Of a DNA stretch of 64,000 nucleotides, positions 56,980 through 64,000 are shown piece after piece. The notes under the pieces are model-generated. The model worked only from the letters and a program-made list of their open reading frames with translations. It was not told where the DNA came from and made no database searches. The translations under genes and the position numbers were made by a program. Where the stretch lies: NCBI RefSeq assembly GCF_011745625.1, contig NW_027191459.1:434001-498000 (forward strand). The letters run 5' to 3'. Positions within the stretch are counted from its first letter, which is position 1. Every line of letters starts with the position of its first letter. The DNA is from Cladosporium halotolerans (taxonomy: Eukaryota).

Positions 56980-58865
56980 ATGCCAGGGTTGGTAGAACTC
57001 GCCCAAGCGGCGCAGGACAGGCCTGTTATTGCTTTTGCCATCATCGGCTTGGTGCTGGCTGCGCTCTGGAAGGGACTCACCTCCGGACAACCACACCCCG
57101 ATAATGTGCCGTGGGTTGGCAAGGAAGAGGGAAAGCCGTTTGCTATCACCAGGGCGACGTACGCAAGTTTCAACAAGGCGATCGTCTGGCTTACGGAGGG
57201 CTATCAGAAGGCAGGTGGATTTAATCGTTCCCGCAGACCTCAGAACTGACTGCCTCACAGTATTCGCTGAAAGGGAAGACCTATCTCATCCCAGATTTCT
57301 CCGGCCGTCACGAGGTCGTGATTCCTATCAACAAGCTGAAATGGCTCGCTGATCAACCGGATAATGTCGCTAGCGTTCGAGCTGCGCATTACGATGTTTT
57401 GCAGGGCGATTACGCCTTCACGACGCCTTGTAAGTGATCCGCTGTCTTTGGCTAGATCCCCATTTGCCATTAGTTGAATACTGCATAGAGAGATGGCATT
57501 GTCGTGCTAGTCTTTCTCACCGATTCGAAATCAGCCGCTAACACAATGCACCAGACCTTCTGGAAACCGTCTACCACGAACATGTCATTCACAAGTCTCT
57601 CGCGCGTAAGGTAGATAACATCATCCCGGCTATCCACGATGAGATCGTCAATTGCTTCGACACCACCTGGGGATTTGACGCCGCCAACTACAAGGAGATC
57701 CCGGTCTGGGACAACACGATGGACATGATCTCTCGCATCTCCAACCGCATGTTTGTCGGCTTGCCACTTTGCCGCAACGAGGACTTCCTCAAGCACAACA
57801 GCGCTTTCGCCGTCGACGTTATCATGGCCACATCAATCATGCCTTTCATCCCTAAATTCCTGCATCCCATCATGGGACATCTGGTCTGCCTCCCCAACCA
57901 CTACCACTACTGGATGACCCGCAAGCACACCCTCCCCGTGATCCACCAGCGCCTCGCCGACATCGCCGAGAAAGACGCCAATCCCGACTCCAAGATCGAG
58001 ATCCCCGACGACTACATCACCTGGCACATCCAAGTCGCCAAATCTGAAGGCCGCGCCAAAGAAATGGAGCCCGAGATGATCTCCCGCTTCATCATGCCCA
58101 TCGAGTTCGCTGCCATCCACACCACCTCCCTCACCCTCACCATGATCCTCTTCGACCTCCTGTCCGCCGACCGCGCGCAAGAATACCTCGACGGCCTGCG
58201 CGAGGAGGCCGAGCGCATCTTCCCCGAGACCCTCGACGCCGGCGGCCGCTGGACGAAGAAGATTCTGACCAAGCTCGTGCGCGCCGACAGCGCGATCCGC
58301 GAGAGCATGCGCGTGTCCAACTTCGTCACGCGCGGCATCACGCGCAAGGTCGTCGCCAAAGACGGCCTGCGCAACGAGGAGGAGGGCTGGACCGCGCCGT
58401 GCGGCAGCTTGATCAGCGTCGACGAGCACAGCCGCCACCACGACCCGGCCGTCTTCCCGGAGCCGGACAAGTACGATGCCTTCCGCTTCTCGAGGCCGCG
58501 TGAGGAGTATGAGGCCGCGCGCGAGAGGAACGCGGAGGATCTGCAGAAGTATGTTGACATGAAGAATCTGAGCATGGTTAGCACTGGCGAGAACTTTCTG
58601 GCCTTCGGGCATGGTAGGCACGCGTGTCCGGGTCGGTTCCTGGTGCAGCATGAGTTGAAGGTAAGACGAGAGGCGCAATTCGGTATCATGAGAATTGTCC
58701 GGCTGACTGGATTTCCAGATGATGCTCGCACACATCGTGATGCACTACGATGTGAAACTGCTGCCCTCGAGGCCGCCGAACCAGTGGCTGGGCACGACCA
58801 TCGTGCCGCCCATGAAGGCCACCATTTCGATCAAGAGAAAGGCTAGCGCGCCGGTGAACAAGTAA
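56980..58865 (+). CDS. Cytochrome P450, resembling ent-kaurene-oxidase/terpenoid-type fungal CYPs (exons 56980-57210, 57261-57429, 57555-58660, 58719-58865)
   Basis: N-terminal [25 protein letters not shown]-helix FAAIHTT, ESMR (ExxR), DAFRF and heme motif [10 protein letters not shown]. Confidence 0.93.
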
Positions 58866-59190
58866 CGGGTACAAGGCGGCAGGCTGTTTGTTTTAGATTA
58901 TACATATGTTATAGGCGCCGCTCACCATGGCTGCTCGCCAACGTCACGCGAGGAATGAACATCAAAACAAACGATCTCACCACACTCATCTGCTCTCTTT
59001 TTCGGGGAAGTGTAGAATTGATTCCTATTTATATCTCTTGCACTGAACGCCACGCTTCGCATACTTCCAACACATACACACGGTGCTTTCCAGCTGTCCA
59101 AACGGACGAAGCCCTTGGCCCTTCCGCCGAAAAATGATGACTTGAACATAGCATAAAATGAGATCTGTACACCATGCCTTCTCTCTTCTC

Positions 59191-60545
59191 TTACAAAACA
59201 AGACGGCCGGGGTCCTGCTCGAGCACGACCTTCATGCGCTCCAGGAATTCCATCGCGCGCTTCTCCTCGCCGCTCTTGGCCGACACGCTGAAGACGTTCG
59301 GGCCCGCGGTCGCGACGCCCATGGCGCCGGGCCGCACGGTCCTGGGCGCGGGCTTGGACGCTTTGCTGCCGGACAGCAAGTCGATGATGTCGGGCTTGCT
59401 GGCCGCGCGGGCCGGCGCGGCGAAGGGTACGGGGCCGAGCGCGGTGATGTTGGGCAGGTAGTCGCCGCGGGTCGACCGGGAAACGGCGTCGAGGCCGAGC
59501 ACGGAGTTGAAGAGGTCGTCGGCTGTGGGCTTCTGGTTCTTGGAGGCGGGCAGAGATTCGTTGGCGAGCTCGGTCGCGCGCGCGACGAAGGTGGAGAGCG
59601 GGAGGGAGATGCCCAGGGCGTCTTGGACGCGCTTCTGCGTGGCGATCACGGCGGAGAGGCTGATGGGGAGCGCGATCTCGGTTTCCTTGGGGAGCTCGGG
59701 GATGGGTGCCGCGGCGGCGGGGGCGGGCTTGTCTTCGGCCTTGGGGGGAGGGGGAGGGCTGGCGAGTTGGATGTTGGAGAGATCGAGGTGGGAGAGCTTG
59801 GTGAAGCGGGCGGCGGACTCGCTGGGGTAGTCCTTTGCAATCTTGCCCAGGTATGCGAGGACGTCGCCCTTGAGCAGGCGGCCGTTGGGGCCGGAGGCGG
59901 GGATCTTGTCGGCTTCCTCCTTGGGCAGGCCGTTCTGCATGAGCAGGTGCTGTACCGCAGGGTACAGAGGGTACTTCTGCTTCTGTGCCTTGCCGCCCTG
60001 TGTCTTCTGTGCTGCACCAGCATCCGCCGCAGGCTTGCTGGGCTCCGGCTTCTTCTCTTCCTGCTTGGCCTTCGGTGCCTCCGCCTTCGCGGGAGCGTTG
60101 GATTCCGCAGGGATCTCCAGGCTGTTGATGTCGTCGCCCTCCTCCGCCGTGACGGCAATCCTCTCGCCGACCTTTACGCCCTTGCTCTCGTTGCCCTGCA
60201 TGATCTTAACCATGATTCCATCGTCCTGTGCCTCGACATCCATAGTCGCCTTGTCGGTCTCGATCTCCAGAAGCACATCGCCGGCGCTGAATGACTCGCC
60301 CTCCTTGATCTTCCAGCTAGCAATGTTGCCCTCGGTCATAGTAGGCGAAAGGGCAGGCATGCTGAAGTTCTGCGCAGCACGGTCTGCGGCCGAGGCCATG
60401 AACCCTAGCCATTCCATCAGCATCTCTGTACGGGGATCACTCGGTGGGATGTTGGCCGGCGCTCACCTCTGCGCGCAACGTGGTTGTTGGCATAGCGGCC
60501 TGCCACGCGGGCAGACAGACGCGCGGTGTTGACGAGACCGGCCAT
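59191..60545 (-). CDS. PDX1: Pyruvate dehydrogenase complex protein X / E3-binding protein (exons 60545-60467, 60404-59191)
   Basis: Presequence exon, lipoyl domain MPALSPTM...IETDKAT, E3-binding SGPNGRLLKGDVLAYL, and a short fungal C-terminal domain without the E2 DHRxxDG motif. Confidence 0.92.
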
Positions 60546-61535
60546 TGCTGCTCGTCCGGAGGGTCGATTGTAGAGAGGGGCGCTGGTGGTATCTCAGGCA
60601 GCGCGGCTGGTCGCAATGGGAGCTTCGAAAAAGCGCCTGAGACGCCCGAGCTGTCGTTGAGATCGGAGATAGGGTCCGAGCGTCTCGAACCGCCGAACCA
60701 CTGTAGTATCCCGCGATTGGAAACCGTATCAATGTATGACAAAACTAGATTGGTGCAAACTCGCCCTCGGCAATGTACAGAACGAAGATCAATCCATCGA
60801 GACCCATCGCTGTGAAATTGTCATCACAGCATTTTCTGAAATTGTTGCGCAGTCGAGCGCCATAGACTCGGCCGCCGAACGCTAACGCGAAACCGCCCTC
60901 TTCCGACCTCACCCGTTCGCCGGCCCCTCGCAAGTAGCAATCAACATACGGCGAATACATGGGAAACACTGTCTCAACGGAGACAATAATCGTCCAACTT
61001 CAAAAACTTCACTGCCATAGCAGTCGTCAATAGTGCTAGGCTCAATTTGAGTCCTTGTTTCCTTTGCGGCTCCTGGGATCTTGATAGGACGGATTGTCCC
61101 TGCCGTCTCTCATCCGAAGGGTTGTAGGCTTCGCGTGTTCACTGCGTATTCGAAGGTGAACAGGACGTTAGTTTCTCAAGGCAAGGCGTTGGCCTCATTA
61201 GTGAAGTAGAGAGGGCATACCTTTGGCGTTTCTTTTTCTTCTCGAGAGCAAAGTTTCGTGAGTTACCTTTAACACTTTCTTATCGATCTTCATAGGCCTC
61301 AAGCTCTTCGAAAAGCCATGATAGAACCGTCGTCGCTGGGAAATTGTCATGCACGTGCTGTAGAAGGGGCCTTTGATGCAAAGGACACCACATATCTCGA
61401 GTTCAATCGCACGCCGCTAGCCAGCATAGTAATACACATAATGTACAGCATTCCCAATCGCTTGATCAGAAAAGTGCTTTCTCAACCCTGACAACGCAAA
61501 TAGGTGACACCGGGCAAACATGATAGCTCCTTCAA

Positions 61536-62486
61536 TTACGCGTTCCATATAGCGCGCGCGATCATGCCTACCGCGTTCGTCCTAACGCCACCCTCCTTAA
61601 CCAGCTTCATCAAAACCTGACCCCGTTCCAAGATCGCACAGTAGTCGAGATTAATCTTCCAGTTGTTGCCACCCGCTCGTAAGTACGCGAAACCGTCGCG
61701 GTTGAACATTTTGTTGACATAGAGCTTAGTTTTGGGGAAAGCATTGTGCCAGGTGTGTGTAAGCACCTCTCGGGTTGTTGCTTTGTGGTAGTCTGGAGAC
61801 AATGCATGCTCCGTCCACGCATGCCTGTTCTGCAAAGAAACGATGTAACATTGAATAGTTTCAATGCTCGTCCTGATGTCGCTGTCGACCAACGCTTCGC
61901 CGGGCACCAGGTCCATGGTTTTGGGCTTGAGGAAAGGGAAAAATCTGGTTCCCTGCACGCGAACAACAGCTCGCTGCTCCGCGTTTCGTGCAATGGAAAT
62001 GGTCTTGACCAGGTTCAAGGGTGTCATCGCGATTCCAGTAGCGATGGCTGATACAGCAAGGCAGCCGCCGAGTATGAAGAATTTGGCGTACCAGACAGTA
62101 GTACTCATAAAGGCAGCATTCGCCACTGACCCGGCCCAAACGAACAACCCACCCCCGACAACCATTGAAGAAATGAAGAGCGCGTTGTGTGAGGGTGCTG
62201 TGTATAGCATCACGGATTGTGCGCGGCCGAGAAGACTCTCCGCGTACTTCTCTGCCTCACTCAATTTAGTCCAGGACGCAGCCTCGGACAAAACGCCTTT
62301 CGCGGCCGGGCCAGCCGACGTACGAGCTGAAGGCCGAGAAGCCCGAGGAGGAATAATTTTTGGCGGAGATTTTTTGCTCGTAGGAGGGGCCGGGACTCCT
62401 TTGAAGAAAGGAGATGTTCGGGTGAAAGATCGGATCTGTGGCGTTCGACTGCGCAGCAGTCTCAGGAAATTGTGTGGTAACGACAT
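61536..62486 (-). CDS. Mitochondrial two-TM hypothetical protein (possibly TMEM223/TMEM70-like)
   Basis: 316 aa with an Arg-rich presequence, LYTAP followed by two hydrophobic helices, and PLNLVKTISI. The family call is tentative. Confidence 0.6.
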   Translation of the reverse strand: MSLPHNFLRLLRSRTPQIRSFTRTSPFFKGVPAPPTSKKSPPKIIPPRASRPSARTSAGPAAKGVLSEAASWTKLSEAEKYAESLLGRAQSVMLYTAPSHNALFISSMVVGGGLFVWAGSVANAAFMSTTVWYAKFFILGGCLAVSAIATGIAMTPLNLVKTISIARNAEQRAVVRVQGTRFFPFLKPKTMDLVPGEALVDSDIRTSIETIQCYIVSLQNRHAWTEHALSPDYHKATTREVLTHTWHNAFPKTKLYVNKMFNRDGFAYLRAGGNNWKINLDYCAILERGQVLMKLVKEGGVRTNAVGMIARAIWNA

Positions 62487-62676
62487 CTTCAGTGGAAGAG
62501 CTCAACGAGGAGTGTCAACTGCTCCACAGTATCGCGGGTAAAAGATATATAATGATGGCTTTGATTTGGGCGTCTCGTTGATGGATCTTCAAGTCTTGGG
62601 TGTGAGGCGATCACCGCTTCAGCCACACTCGACAGCCACAGTGGCTTGCAAGCGTGAAAGTGCACTTCGCGCTTCG

Positions 62677-62744
62677 TCGCGTCTTCCTCTACACGCTCGC
62701 GTTTCCCCCGCGCCACAAGTGCTTGACAACCATCTTCCTCGCGT
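62677..62744. promoter_or_regulatory. Cluster of MCB-like elements (TCGCGT x3) upstream of primase
   Basis: TCGCGT at 62677, 62697 and 62739, plus other CGCG cores, within 120 nt of the PRI2 ATG. Confidence 0.5.
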
Positions 62745-62796
62745 CGCCCACACTGGTTCACCAACTATTTGCTTAAACAAGACAGAGAGCAGCACA

Positions 62797-64000
62797 ATGT
62801 TGGCAGCATCGACAGCCTCGCGGATCGACCCAAAAAAGCGTGCAGTCCTCGACCCACGCAAACAGCAATTCGTCAAGTCACAATGGGTCGACCAGACTTA
62901 CCCAAATCGCATGAACTTCTACACCATCCCGCCCACAGAGGACATTGCGCTCGAGGATTTCGAAGAATGGGGCATCGCCAGACTGAAGGTCCTCGCTGAG
63001 CTCGAAGCCTGCCAATTCCGCAACAGATCGCCCGCCGAAACAGAGGAGTACATGCGCCCTGTGCTGGAGAAGTGGTTACGGCTCGACAGCAACAAAAGCA
63101 GAAGCCCAGATATGCACTTGCAGAGAAAGAAGGATCACTACTCGCACTGGACCCTCAGACTGGCTTTCGCGAGCACAGCGGACTTGAGGCAGAGGTTCAT
63201 GAGACTGGAGACGCAGCTGTTCAAATTGAGACTGCAGGCGGACAGCGCGGATGAGAGAAGGGATTTCATTAAGAGCTTGCCGATGAGCTGGGAGATGCTC
63301 GATGCAGATGAGAAGGCTACTTGGCTCAGCGAGCTGAGAGCTGCAACCAGTGTGCGAAAGGATGACGAGGAGAACTGGTTCAAGGTCGACTGGGAAAAAG
63401 TACCAGACTTGGTCGAGCGCCGGCAGGTGCTGCTGAAGAAGGGCAAAGCTTACGTCCACGTACGAGAGCAGACAACAATGGTTCTGAACGAGTTCACGCG
63501 TTCGTTGGAATCTGGCTTGGAGCTCGCCGCACGCTTTCTCCCCAGAATGGACGAGGACAACCGCCTTGCGCCCATTCTGCACCACTTGTCGCAGTCATTC
63601 GTGGCACCAGATGCGTCTTACAACGAAAACAACGGTGTCAGCGATATGACGAACATCCACGCTGGCAGCATTGACGGCTTGAGCTCACATTTCCCACTCT
63701 GCATGCAGAACTTGCACCGCGAGCTTCGAAAGAACAGCCACTTGAAGCACCAAAGCAGACTGCAATATACCCTCTTCTTGAAGGGTATCGGACTGAACAT
63801 GCAGGAGTGTATCATCTTCTGGCGAAAGGCTTTCAAGTTAATCACCGATGGTAAGTAGCCGGCACCTCATCTAGGCAAATGAGACAATTGAGCTAACCAA
63901 TGGGCAGAGAAATTCAAGTCAGAATACCTCTACAACGTCCGCCACGCCTACGGTGATGTGGGTGGTGATGCGAACAAGCGCGGACGAGGCTACTCACCTT
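62797..64000 (+). CDS. PRI2: DNA primase large subunit, partial (exons 62797-63850, 63908->64000)
   Basis: YPNRMNFYTIPP, KKDHYSHWTLRLAF, HFPLCM and HLKHQSRLQYTLFLKGIG. After the intron: EKFKSEYLYNVRHAYG. Confidence 0.95.

Noticed and set aside
62566..62796. 77-codon GTG/TTG-type N-terminal extension of PRI2 (similar extensions at 6322, 17295, 47133, 52644)
   Set aside because: These come from the ORF caller's non-ATG starts. The downstream ATGs match the expected protein starts.
1..64000. Transposons, RIP-degraded AT-rich blocks, CRISPR arrays, rRNA/snRNA, TPP riboswitch, core biosynthetic genes
   Set aside because: I saw no transposase or RT motifs, terminal repeats, spaced repeats or recognisable RNA signatures by eye. 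A covariance-model scan would be needed to exclude small ncRNAs.

Overview
This is a gene-dense, GC-rich window of a filamentous ascomycete chromosome (Pezizomycotina; Dothideomycetes is likely but is my inference). It has short GT-AG introns with CTRAC branch points. I can support about 23 protein-coding genes, mostly housekeeping: mitochondrial-type Trm61, Dcr2-like phosphoesterase, an LSM-domain protein, separase, a Tra2/SR-like RRM protein, a secreted carboxylesterase, PalcA/Nuc-1 bHLH, G-gamma, eIF3a, a BCAS3-like protein, an NTF2-RRM G3BP-like protein, DUF2264, mitochondrial IleRS, a septin-like GTPase, acetoacetyl-CoA synthetase, a P450, PDH protein X, primase large subunit, and several small or hypothetical genes. 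There is also one tRNA-Thr(AGT). No transposon, CRISPR array or rRNA is evident. The most notable signals are: (1) repeated strand-symmetric C-rich-then-G-rich blocks centred in gene 3' ends; (2) an in-frame alternative 5' splice site in the Tra2-like gene that would add an ARS2/NELF-E-like RxxxxYxDL motif; (3) an unlisted three-exon microprotein resembling Cox26; (4) a divergent pair of a PTS1-tagged acetoacetyl-CoA synthetase and a P450 with a GC-AG intron; (5) a tail-anchored septin-like GTPase; and (6) a telomere-template-like motif next to a long nested hairpin. Gene models were spliced by eye and family assignments come from remembered motifs, not database searches.
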